NCBI GenBank assembly: GCA_026397205.1
Contig: JAPLVH010000014.1
Location: 1-51,477 of the forward strand
DNA from: Candidatus Berkelbacteria bacterium
Lineage (GTDB): Bacteria > Patescibacteriota > UBA1384 > XYA2-FULL-43-10 > CAINNR01
Length of the DNA: 51,477 nt
Direction of reading: 5' to 3'
Each line of letters starts with the position of its first letter. Within the stretch, counting starts at the first letter, position 1. Below are positions 34,245 to 43,475 of the stretch, one piece after another. The notes below the pieces were generated by a model, which worked only from the letters and a program-made list of their open reading frames with translations, did no database searches and had not been told where the DNA came from. The position numbers were made by a program, and so were the translations under genes.

Positions 34245-35297
34245 ATGAAAATCGCCATCGTTGGTTTGCCGAATGTTGGCAAGTCAACACTATTTAACGC
34301 TTTGGTCAAGGGATCGAAAGCCGAAGCGGCAAATTATCCCTTTTGCACAATCGAGCCGAATGTCGGCATTGTTGAAGTTCCGGACGAACGGCTTGCTCCG
34401 CTCGGCGAAATTTCTCATTCGAAAAAAATCGTTCCGACCGTTGTTGAATTTGTTGATATCGCCGGCCTTGTCCGCGGCGCAAGCAAGGGCGAAGGACTCG
34501 GCAATCAATTTCTATCGCACATTCGCGAATGCGACGCCATCGCCTTGGTTGTCCGTTTTTTTGTTGATGATAATGTCGTCCATGTCGGCGGAAAAATTGA
34601 TCCGAAAGATGACATTTCGACGATTGAGACCGAACTTCAGCTCGCCGATATGGCGACGGTTGACAAGCGGATTTATAATTTGGATCGCGACATAAAAAGT
34701 GGATCTAAAGACGCGAAGGTTGAAAAATCGGCTCTAGAAAAAATTCTTCGCCAACTTTCAGACGGCAAAAATGCTCGAACGGCAGATTTGTCAGACGACG
34801 AAATGGCGACGATAAAATCACTCGGACTTTTGACCTTGAAACCGGTTTTATACATCGCCAACTGCTCGGAAAACCAGCTAAAAGATTTTAATGACGACAA
34901 ATTTATTTCGATTTCCGCCAATATTGAAGCAGAGTTAAACGAACTAACAGAAGAAGAAAAACGCGAATACCTCGACGAACTTGGTATTTCCGACTCCGGT
35001 ATAAATAAATTAATTAAAGCCGCCTACTCGATGCTGAATTTGATTACCTATTTTACCTCCGGCGAAAAAGAAACTCGGGCTTGGACAATCCCCGCCGGCG
35101 CCACAGCACCCCATGCCGCTGGCGTAATTCACACTGATTTCCAGCGCGGATTTATTGCCGCCGATGTTGTCAGTTGGCAAGATCTCTACGCCCATGGCGG
35201 TTGGACCGGCGCCCGTTCGCAAGGACTCGTCCGAACCGAAGGCAAAAATTACATCTTCCGCGACGGCGACACGGTGATTTTTAAGTTTAATGTTTGA
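34245..35297 (+). CDS. ychF: redox-regulated ATPase YchF
   Basis: MKIAIVGLPNVGKSTLFNAL with a TGS-like C-terminus. The listed ORF starts earlier, inside a repeat cluster. Confidence 0.92.
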   Translation: MKIAIVGLPNVGKSTLFNALVKGSKAEAANYPFCTIEPNVGIVEVPDERLAPLGEISHSKKIVPTVVEFVDIAGLVRGASKGEGLGNQFLSHIRECDAIALVVRFFVDDNVVHVGGKIDPKDDISTIETELQLADMATVDKRIYNLDRDIKSGSKDAKVEKSALEKILRQLSDGKNARTADLSDDEMATIKSLGLLTLKPVLYIANCSENQLKDFNDDKFISISANIEAELNELTEEEKREYLDELGISDSGINKLIKAAYSMLNLITYFTSGEKETRAWTIPAGATAPHAAGVIHTDFQRGFIAADVVSWQDLYAHGGWTGARSQGLVRTEGKNYIFRDGDTVIFKFNV

Positions 35298-35332
35298 TTT
35301 TGGCTTGCCCAGCGTAGCTTTAGCGAAGTTGG

Positions 35333-35373
35333 GTCATTGCGAGCCATCCGCCTTTGGCGGAGGCGCGGCAATC
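35333..35373. repeat. left half of a GTCATTGCGAG-family element
   Basis: gtcattgcgagccatccgcctttggcggaggcgcggcaatc. Confidence 0.7.
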
Positions 35374-35471
35374 TTTTTGGTTTTATGATTGCCCACAAGG
35401 TCACCTTCGTAAGACTTCGTCATTATTCCTTGCAACAGCCCAACAAAAAAACTCCGGCATATTGCCAGGAG

Positions 35472-35645
35472 TTAGGACTTTGGTTTTGCATCTTCGAGTT
35501 GTTTTATAATTACTTCTGCCGGCATATTTTCCCACGGCTTTTTCGATTGAGGTTGGACAAACGGAATTCGCGGTTCGCCAGAATTCAAATCTGCAAGAAA
35601 TTGTTCATTGGCAATTTTTGCGACTTTGAGTGGATTCCTGCTCAT
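35472..35645 (-). CDS. small hypothetical protein (57 aa), orphan cassette
   Basis: TTGCAA-17-TAATTT promoter, GAGGTGA before the ATG at 35645, and terminator CTCCTGGC..GCCGGAG + T7. Confidence 0.5.
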   Translation of the reverse strand: MSRNPLKVAKIANEQFLADLNSGEPRIPFVQPQSKKPWENMPAEVIIKQLEDAKPKS

Positions 35646-35734
35646 CACAATCACCTCTTCCATTAAATTAGCAAAATGTTGACTTTTTTGCAAGCGTTTG
35701 CTAGGATTAAAATACAATTTAATTAATCGTCGTA

Positions 35735-35794
35735 AATATTGTTCGAGGAAGAATGACGAGAACTTCTCACTCGATTCCTCGCTCGAAGAATGAT
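35735..35794. repeat. copy (inverted) of the ~70-nt TTCTTCGA..GAGAAG..CTCGAACAATAT element
   Basis: The reverse complement aligns with 1207..1277 and 40584..40654. Confidence 0.6.
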
Positions 35795-35872
35795 CACGAC
35801 AATTACTTCCCCCGATTCGGGGGCTTCGCCCACACTAAGCGGGACAAACGAAGGCCATAAGAGGAGATGAAA

Positions 35873-36499
35873 ATGCGAGAATACGAACTGACGTATCTGG
35901 TTTCTGATGATGTTTTGGAAAAAGATTTGAAAGCTGTCAGCGATAAAGTTGCCGGTATTATTTCTGCATCCGATGGAACAATTTCCAAGGAGGAGCCATG
36001 GGGACGACGAAAGCTGGCCTATCCGATCAAAAAGCAAAATTTTGCCAGCTATTTCACACTTTGGATTACGATGCCGGCGGAAAAAGTTGTGGCGATTGAT
36101 CATGAACTTCGGGTTTATCCGCAGGTAATTCGCCACTTGATCGTTAGCAAAGTTCAAAAAAATAAAGAATTGACGGTGACGACTTCAGATGTTGTTGATA
36201 CCGCCGATGTCAAGGACATTTTGGGCGAAAAGAGTTTTGAAGTTGTCGAAGGCGAAACCGAAGAATCGAAGGATTTGATGGCAACAAGGGAAATAAAATC
36301 TGAAGATTCCAAATCACAAGAAACAAATTCCAAACAAATTCTAAATTCAAAATCAGAAATTCCAAACAAAGAAGAAATCAAAACCGAACCGGTCAAGGCG
36401 AAAGTCATCAAGCCAAAAAAAGAATCCAAAGAAGACGAAGCTGATAGAATGAAAAAGTTGGATGAGAAGCTGGACGAGCTTTTGGGAGATGACCTTTAA
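35873..36499 (+). CDS. rpsF: 30S ribosomal protein S6 with a ~110-aa acidic/Lys-rich C-terminal extension
   Basis: MREYELTYLV.. S6 core. The tail contains the repeat-derived SKSQETNSKQILNSKSEIPNK. Confidence 0.9.
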   Translation: MREYELTYLVSDDVLEKDLKAVSDKVAGIISASDGTISKEEPWGRRKLAYPIKKQNFASYFTLWITMPAEKVVAIDHELRVYPQVIRHLIVSKVQKNKELTVTTSDVVDTADVKDILGEKSFEVVEGETEESKDLMATREIKSEDSKSQETNSKQILNSKSEIPNKEEIKTEPVKAKVIKPKKESKEDEADRMKKLDEKLDELLGDDL

Positions 36500-36660
36500 A
36501 TCAATTTCTAATTACTCTAATTAACCTAATTATTCTAAACAAATCCCAATAAACTAATTCCCCAATTTAGGCATTCGTATTTTGGTGCTTTTTTAGGTCA
36601 ATTAGTATAATTAGAACAATTAGAATAATTTATTTCGACCTTTCGGTCGAAGGAGGCATT

Positions 36661-37170
36661 ATGTTTAGCTTAAATCGAGCAATGGTTATCGGCAACGCGA
36701 CAAAGGATCCGGAGATGCGCTACACTCCAAACGGCCAAGCGGTGGCATCATTTGCCGTCGCAACCAACCGCCGCTGGACTAATCGGGAAACTGGCGAACT
36801 GCAAGAACAGGTTGAATTTCACGACATTGTTGTCTGGGGAAAAATGGCGGAAAATGCCAGCCAGTATTTGAAAAAAGGCGCGCCGGTTTATATCGAAGGC
36901 CGACTGCAAACCAAAAACTGGGAGGGACAAGACGGCGTTAAGCGCTACCGGACGGAAATCGTCGCTGAAAATTTTATTCTTCTCGGCAGTCGTGGCGGTG
37001 GAAATTACGAAAAATCGGGCACCAACGAGCCCAGTCGAGTTGCGCCGGAAAATCCGATTGAGGAGGTTTCAAAAAGTGACGACACTAAATCTGACGCCGA
37101 CGGCAAAAAATCGGACGAAGAAAAAAAGCCGGAAACCGAAGAGATTGATATTGACGAAATCCCATTTTAA
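36661..37170 (+). CDS. ssb: single-stranded DNA-binding protein
   Basis: OB fold (NRAMVIGNATKDPEMRYTPNG) and an acidic C-terminal tip (DIDEIPF). Confidence 0.92.
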   Translation: MFSLNRAMVIGNATKDPEMRYTPNGQAVASFAVATNRRWTNRETGELQEQVEFHDIVVWGKMAENASQYLKKGAPVYIEGRLQTKNWEGQDGVKRYRTEIVAENFILLGSRGGGNYEKSGTNEPSRVAPENPIEEVSKSDDTKSDADGKKSDEEKKPETEEIDIDEIPF

Positions 37171-37301
37171 TAATTCCTTACCAATTTACGAATAATACCA
37201 AGAACGAAATTACCAATAAGAAAATACCTGGAATTCTGGTTTTATTCGTAATTTCGCTTTTAGATTTTTTCGTAAATTGGTAAGATCATAAAGGAAATTT
37301 T

Positions 37302-37520
37302 ATGGACAATTTTGGACAAAAAAAGAAGTGCTATTTTTGCAAAATGCGGGTCAAGGAAATTGATTACAAAGACACAGCGACTCTTGGTAAATACCTAAAT
37401 CGCTGGTCAAAAATCGATCCCGGCTCGCGCAGCGGCGCTTGCGCCAAACACCAGCGTCAGCTTTCGGCGGCAATCAAACGGGCCAGAGAGCTGGCGCTAT
37501 TGCCGTATATCAGCCGATAA
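37302..37520 (+). CDS. rpsR: 30S ribosomal protein S18
   Basis: KKCYFCK..EIDYKD...ARELALLPY. Confidence 0.9.
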   Translation: MDNFGQKKKCYFCKMRVKEIDYKDTATLGKYLNRWSKIDPGSRSGACAKHQRQLSAAIKRARELALLPYISR

Positions 37521-37645
37521 TTTTTAATTTTGCAATTTTCAATTTACAATCAAATTACAATCAAATTCCAATTTTCAATTTTTAAGCGTTTGGAAATTTG
37601 GATATTGAAAATTCATTGAAAATTTTAAATTGATAATTGAAAATT

Positions 37646-38206
37646 ATGCTTTCAATCACCAATCTCAAACTTGGGACAAAAATTTCTTTGGATGGCGAAC
37701 CGTTCGTCGTCACTTTTTCCGAACACTCAAAACAGGGCCGCAGCGGCGCGGTGATGCGAACGCGGCTTAAAAGTTTGATCTCTGGCGCGACAATTGCCAA
37801 AACATTTCAGGGCGCCGACAAAATTGATGAGGCCGAACTGTCGCATAAAACCGCCCAGTTTTTATATTTTGATAGCCAAGCGGCGTATTTCATGGACTCG
37901 GAAAATTTTGAGCAGTTTGAAATTCCGACTCTAAAAATTGCCGACCAAATTGATTATCTGACCGAAAACGCACCGGTCGAAATACTCTACAATGATGACC
38001 GGCCGATAAGCATTGAACTCCCGATCAAAATGACATTTACGATAATTTCCACGCCTCCGGGGGTCCGTGGAAACTCCGCCGGCACCGTGACCAAAATGGC
38101 AGAGATCAACACCGGCGGCCAAATTGCCGTTCCCCTTTTCATCAAGGAAGGCGACAAAATTGTCGTTGACACCAGGGATGGAAAATATGTGGAACGGGAA
38201 AATTAA
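37646..38206 (+). CDS. efp: elongation factor P
   Basis: Three-domain EF-P pattern (NLKLGTKISLDGEPFVV, ..KPGKG-like SKQGRSGAV). The ATG at 37646 is preferred over the listed TTG at 37637. Confidence 0.88.
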   Translation: MLSITNLKLGTKISLDGEPFVVTFSEHSKQGRSGAVMRTRLKSLISGATIAKTFQGADKIDEAELSHKTAQFLYFDSQAAYFMDSENFEQFEIPTLKIADQIDYLTENAPVEILYNDDRPISIELPIKMTFTIISTPPGVRGNSAGTVTKMAEINTGGQIAVPLFIKEGDKIVVDTRDGKYVEREN

Positions 38207-38315
38207 AAATCAAATATTAAAAATTAAAATGATAGATCAAAAAGTTTTAAATCCCGGCACGGAGTGCCGACCAACATTTTGACTTTTTATTTTTGATTTT
38301 TGATATACTTGGTTT

Positions 38316-38834
38316 ATGTTAATTGAACACTCCAAATTAATCGGCTTGCCGGTGTTTGAACTTGAAAACCAATCGAAAGTCGCCGAGATTTCTGATTTTT
38401 TTATTGACACAGGTGAGAAAAAAATCGAGGCGGCAATCTGTAAAATCGGTGGTATTTTTCATAAAACCAAATTTATTTCCGCCAAAGAGATCATTGATGT
38501 TTCAAAATCGGCGATCGTGATTCAAACCGACGACAGTTTAGTCGTGCCCGAGGAGATGATTCGGCTGGCAAAAAAGTTTAAAACCCGGGCGAAAATCGTC
38601 GGCGAAAGAGTGTTTTCCAAAAACGGGAATTATCTCGGAGTTGTCAATGATTATGTCATCGAATCTGGCTCGCTTTGTATTCTGCGAATTTATGTCAGAA
38701 AATTTCTCGATGAGCGGATAATTCACTCGTCGGCAATTTTGAAAATCGAGCAACACAAAATCACCGTTAAAGATGATTTTGAAATGGTCAAGCCGGAACT
38801 GGCGCCGATGTCGGCCAAAACCGAACTGGCATAA
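38316..38834 (+). CDS. PRC-barrel domain protein (two PRC-like halves)
   Basis: LIGLPVFELENQSKVAEISDFFID and VGERVFSKNGNYLGVVNDYVIE. Confidence 0.6.
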   Translation: MLIEHSKLIGLPVFELENQSKVAEISDFFIDTGEKKIEAAICKIGGIFHKTKFISAKEIIDVSKSAIVIQTDDSLVVPEEMIRLAKKFKTRAKIVGERVFSKNGNYLGVVNDYVIESGSLCILRIYVRKFLDERIIHSSAILKIEQHKITVKDDFEMVKPELAPMSAKTELA

Positions 38835-39025
38835 TCGATTTTTTTATTTTGGTCTCAAATTTGGGGAAAAAATATGCTCCAGCATAAAAATTCCCCACTT
38901 ATTGAAATACGGTATCTGTGTCATTAGGTGTGAAAAAGTAGCTCCAGCTACTTTTTCACACCAAATGTTTTTTCTTTTCTGGACTGGATTTTTTTGACAA
39001 AAGATTTCAGAAATAAAAACTCACA

Positions 39026-40113
39026 CTATGATATAAATGGTCGCCAGTGGAGCGTTTCGCCGGCAGCAAACGGCACAACCGGAACATCGGAAGTTTCTGA
39101 CAGCACTTGCCAGTTTACTTTGACCAATTTTATTTTTTGCTTCGTCGGTTTCAACCGATAAAAATTTTCTGCGTTTCGGCAGGCAAATTTCTCCAGCCGA
39201 TTTTGCCAATCGCCACCCGACTGTGAAAAGAGTTCGACCAGAATTCCATAAGATACATCCGGCGGCAAATAAATCCCCGGCGGCGGACTTGAACTCTCTT
39301 TCTTCTCGCGTCGGTGCGGGGCGGAATCACTGCCAAAACCAAAACACTTTTCGCCTGACAATATCGCTTCAAGAATTGCAACACGATCTTCTGGACTTCC
39401 GAGAGTCGGTTTGACGAAAAAATGGGAATCAACTTTGCCTTTAGCTAAATAATCCGCAGAAGTTTTCATTGCGTGATGAACTGTCAGCGTTCCAAAAATC
39501 CGGCTGGTTTTTGATTTTTCTCTGACATATTTTACACCGAAGCTCGAGCAATGTGCTCCAAAACAACCAATAAATTCGGAAAATTCTGCATTAATTTGTC
39601 GGTGATTGACATAAAACCGCCGTCAAAAACAAACGGATCGTCGCAGTGAATCAAAAGCGGCATTTGGAGTCGCTCCATTTTTTTAAGAACGGCGAGAAAT
39701 TTTCGGCTGGAAAAATCGGAAATTGTTTCAACCGCATTTGTCTGGCACGATGCCGGATAAACTTTGCCGGCGAAAACTCCAGATTTTTTTCCTTCTTCGA
39801 TAATTGCCGACGTTGTTTTCTCTGTAATTTGAATCGTCAGCAAAAGTTCTGGCAAATCGTCGCTGACACCGGTAATTCTCTTTTTGTAGATTGTTGCTTC
39901 ACCGGCAGTTCGAACCGGCGGATTTGTATTTGGCATAACAACGACTCGGCTGAAAAGCGAAAGCCCATCTGTCGTCACCGATCCCAACATTTCAGTTTCC
40001 AAAATATCTTCCGACTTGTCACCTTTTGGCACCGGATGACCGCGTAAATGTCGGTGACAATCAAAAAACTTCGGAATCTCGATAATAAATTTTTTCGATT
40101 TTTTCGGTTTCAT
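39026..40113 (-). pseudogene. pyrC: dihydroorotase (class II PyrC-like) split by a one-base frameshift near 39535..39550
   Basis: The N-terminal part has FDCHRHLRG, VMPNTNPPV, GKVYPA, LIHCDD and VLEHI. The other frame continues VKYVREKS..TLTVHHAM into the second ORF (GSDSAPH, VPFAAGETLHW). All metal-ligand motifs are intact. Confidence 0.75.
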
Positions 40114-40150
40114 TACTTTCAGAATAACAGATATTTTTGGAAAAAAAAGT

Positions 40151-40181
40151 AAAAAAACACGGAGCCGAGGAACGGCTCCGT
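40151..40181 (-). terminator. intrinsic terminator ACGGAGCCG-TTCC-TCGGCTCCGT + T7
   Basis: Read on the reverse complement. Confidence 0.8.
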
Positions 40182-40203
40182 TTGTAGCTTTGTGACAGTG
40201 CAA

Positions 40204-40470
40204 CTACGCTACGATCTGGACACTGTCGCTTGGGAAGTCGACGACCGGTATGCCGTCAACCGCCATTTCCCAAGCCGGCACCAGACCTTCGTATTGGTTT
40301 GTCCCGCCGAGTCGGTTGCGGACGGCGGCGAGGAAGTCGTCGTGGGCAACATGGCACTGTCCGTCAGCGACTTCACTCCTGACAGACATGCCGGTCAAAG
40401 CAGTCAACATGTCGTGCGGCACTTGCGGCGTTGAAATCCTCGGGACTTTGGAGATAGTGACCACTTGCAT
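40204..40470 (-). CDS. hypothetical protein (88 aa) with atypical composition, orphan cassette
   Basis: AAGGAGG lies 6 nt before the ATG at 40470. Perfect promoter at 40508..40536 and terminator at 40151..40181. G+C is 37 of 60 in 40261..40320. Confidence 0.65.
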   Translation of the reverse strand: MQVVTISKVPRISTPQVPHDMLTALTGMSVRSEVADGQCHVAHDDFLAAVRNRLGGTNQYEGLVPAWEMAVDGIPVVDFPSDSVQIVA

Positions 40471-40507
40471 CGCTGTCCTCCTTTTGTAGGTTGTCGTACA
40501 CACAAAA

Positions 40508-40536
40508 ACTATAGCAGATTGACTTTTAGTTGTCAA
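40508..40536 (-). promoter_or_regulatory. sigma70-like promoter TTGACA-17-TATAGT
   Basis: Read on the reverse complement. Confidence 0.7.
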
Positions 40537-40546
40537 CATTTTCGAT

Positions 40547-40579
40547 AAAAAAACCGCCGGCATTTTCAGCCGACGGTTC
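40547..40579 (-). terminator. groEL terminator AACCGTCGGC-TGAAAAT-GCCGGCGGTT + T7
   Basis: Read on the reverse complement. Confidence 0.7.
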
Positions 40580-40583
40580 TTTT

Positions 40584-40654
40584 ATTCTTCGAGAGAAGCG
40601 AGAAGTTCAACAAATTTTTTAGTTCTCGCTGATAGTTTTCAGCTCGAACAATAT
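40584..40654. repeat. copy of the ~70-nt TTCTTCGA..GAGAAG..CTCGAACAATAT element
   Basis: Aligns with 1207..1277. Confidence 0.6.
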
Positions 40655-40655
40655 A

Positions 40656-42290
<1,635 letters not shown>

Positions 42291-42384
42291 TCATAAAATA
42301 ATAGTTTAGGATTAAGATCTCAGAATTTCTTAAATAGATTCCCTTCCACAATTCTTAATTCTGCATTCTTAATTCTTAATTGAT

Positions 42385-42660
42385 TTATAAGATTCCCAAA
42401 ATTTCTTTTTCCTGCACAATTTTATACTCCTTGCCGTCAATCTTGACTTCCTCGCCGGCATATTTTCCAAACAGAACTTTGTCGCCGACTTTGACTGAAA
42501 ATTTGTATTCTTTGCCGCCAACAAGTCCGCTACCAATAGCCAAAACCGTGCCTTCTGACCTTTCCTCTCTGGCGCTGTCGGGGATAATAATTCCCGATTT
42601 TGTCACTTCCTCCGCTTTTAGCAGCTCGATAATTACTCTGTCCCCAAGTGGCTTTAACAT
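42385..42660 (-). CDS. groS: co-chaperonin GroES
   Basis: MLKPLGDRVIIE...GIIIPDSA... Confidence 0.95.
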   Translation of the reverse strand: MLKPLGDRVIIELLKAEEVTKSGIIIPDSAREERSEGTVLAIGSGLVGGKEYKFSVKVGDKVLFGKYAGEEVKIDGKEYKIVQEKEILGIL

Positions 42661-42811
42661 TTGACTCCTTTCAGTCGTCCCCTTACTAAATTACAAATAA
42701 ATCCACGAAATTACGAAAATACAAATAAAATCTTATTTCGAATATTTGTAATTTCGTAAGGGACGTGTATTTTTTATTGTAAAGCAAACTTTACATTCTT
42801 GTCAAGGATTT

Positions 42812-42837
42812 GTCATTGCGAGCGAAGCGCGGCAATC
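42812..42837. repeat. left half of a GTCATTGCGAG-family element
   Basis: gtcattgcgagcgaagcgcggcaatc. Confidence 0.7.
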
Positions 42838-42899
42838 TTTTCAGAAACAAAAAAGGACATCTGCCCTCATTGATTTTATCTTACCACATTTTTTCAAAT

Positions 42900-42927
42900 A
42901 AAAAAAGGCGAGACTTTTTGTCTCGCC
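42900..42927 (-). terminator. intrinsic terminator GGCGAGAC-AAAAA-GTCTCGCC + T7
   Basis: Read on the reverse complement, just after the 42935 stop. Confidence 0.8.
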
Positions 42928-42934
42928 ACGAGAA

Positions 42935-43264
42935 CTAATCAGTCGAACACATGAGATAGATTCCTGGGAGCATCGCCAAGATACACAGCGCAAAACCCGA
43001 GATTTCGGAGTTGTTAAGAAAGTTTTCTTTGGTTATTTTTCGGGAAACAATTCTTGGAATCAGCGAGAGACAAAATCCGACAAAAACAATGGCGAGGCAG
43101 TCAAGGAGATATAAACTGAAAGTCGCCGGCTTGAATTGCATCGCAGGAACGTAATTCCATCCCCACTGACCAAAAAGAATAAAGGACACAAAAAGAAAAA
43201 CTCCACCTACAATTCCCAAAACGGCACATCCTTTTTCATTTTTTTGACTCTTTGCCGTTTCCAT
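42935..43264 (-). CDS. small membrane protein (about 3 TM helices)
   Basis: Own TTGACA-17-TAAGTT promoter (43294..43328) and a GGAGGTGA Shine-Dalgarno. Hydrophobic segments are present. Confidence 0.6.
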   Translation of the reverse strand: METAKSQKNEKGCAVLGIVGGVFLFVSFILFGQWGWNYVPAMQFKPATFSLYLLDCLAIVFVGFCLSLIPRIVSRKITKENFLNNSEISGFALCILAMLPGIYLMCSTD

Positions 43265-43382
43265 CTGCCTTTCACCTCCGTGGTTTCTCGAACAATATCA
43301 ACTTAGCAAAAAAGATTTTTAATGTCAAAGAAATCTGTTCAAGTATGCAACGGCCGTTTAATATCTGAACAGATTTGAGATC

Positions 43383-43441
43383 AAAAAAACCGCCACGGGC
43401 GGGCGGAGGTTGGCAGCCCGGAAGGGGGAACCGAGCCGCCA
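43383..43441 (-). ncRNA. candidate small RNA (~60 nt): 10-bp hairpin with loop UUCCCCCUU, linker containing CCUCC, GC hairpin plus U7
   Basis: Preceded by TTGACA-17-TAAAAT (43447..43475). There is no SD or start codon downstream of the predicted TSS. Two G.U wobbles in the stem exist only on the minus-strand reading. Confidence 0.45.
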
Positions 43442-43446
43442 GTTTT

Positions 43447-43475
43447 ATTTTAGCAAGCGGACAAAATTCTGTCAA
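43447..43475 (-). promoter_or_regulatory. consensus promoter TTGACA-17-TAAAAT; the -35 overlaps the TGA stop of the upstream gene
   Basis: Read on the reverse complement. Confidence 0.6.

Noticed and set aside
35337-36157. ORFs 35337..35666(+) and 35723..36157(-) in the ychF-rpsF spacer region.
   Set aside because: They translate repeat elements or run antisense to rpsF and its leader. The short 35472..35645 ORF is preferred because it has a promoter, an SD and a terminator.
38927-38963. 17-bp-stem hairpin GGTGTGAAAAAGTAGCT-CC-AGCTACTTTTTCACACC as a possible structured ncRNA.
   Set aside because: No promoter is evident. A weaker sister hairpin with the same GCTCCAGC centre lies at about 38862..38895. 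It is most simply another dispersed palindromic repeat in the convergent efp/PRC-pyrC spacer.
40192-40489. Plus-strand ORFs 40192..40434 and 40250..40489.
   Set aside because: They are antisense to the 40204..40470 cassette, whose promoter, SD and terminator are all on the minus strand.
42661-42800. CIRCE/HrcA operator upstream of groES.
   Set aside because: No TTAGCACTC-N9-GAGTGCTAA is present. The inverted repeats there (CCCTTACGAAATTACAAATA / TATTTGTAATTTAGTAAGGGG) belong to the ATTCGTAATTTCG dispersed family, which is also found upstream of rpsT and rpsR.
43400-43440. SRP (4.5S) RNA-like GGAAGG motif on the plus strand (GCCCGGAAGGGGGAACCGAGCC).
   Set aside because: The loop would be AAGGGGGAA, not a GNRA tetraloop, and there is no AGCA symmetric-loop motif. 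The stem has two C.A mismatches on the plus strand but G.U wobbles on the minus strand. The promoter and terminator are also on the minus strand.
43272-43475. Listed 67-aa minus-strand ORF (MTEFCPLAKIKL...).
   Set aside because: Its start codon lies inside the -35 element, upstream of the predicted transcription start. It has no SD. Its sequence is the translation of GC hairpins and a T-run. I reinterpret it as non-coding.
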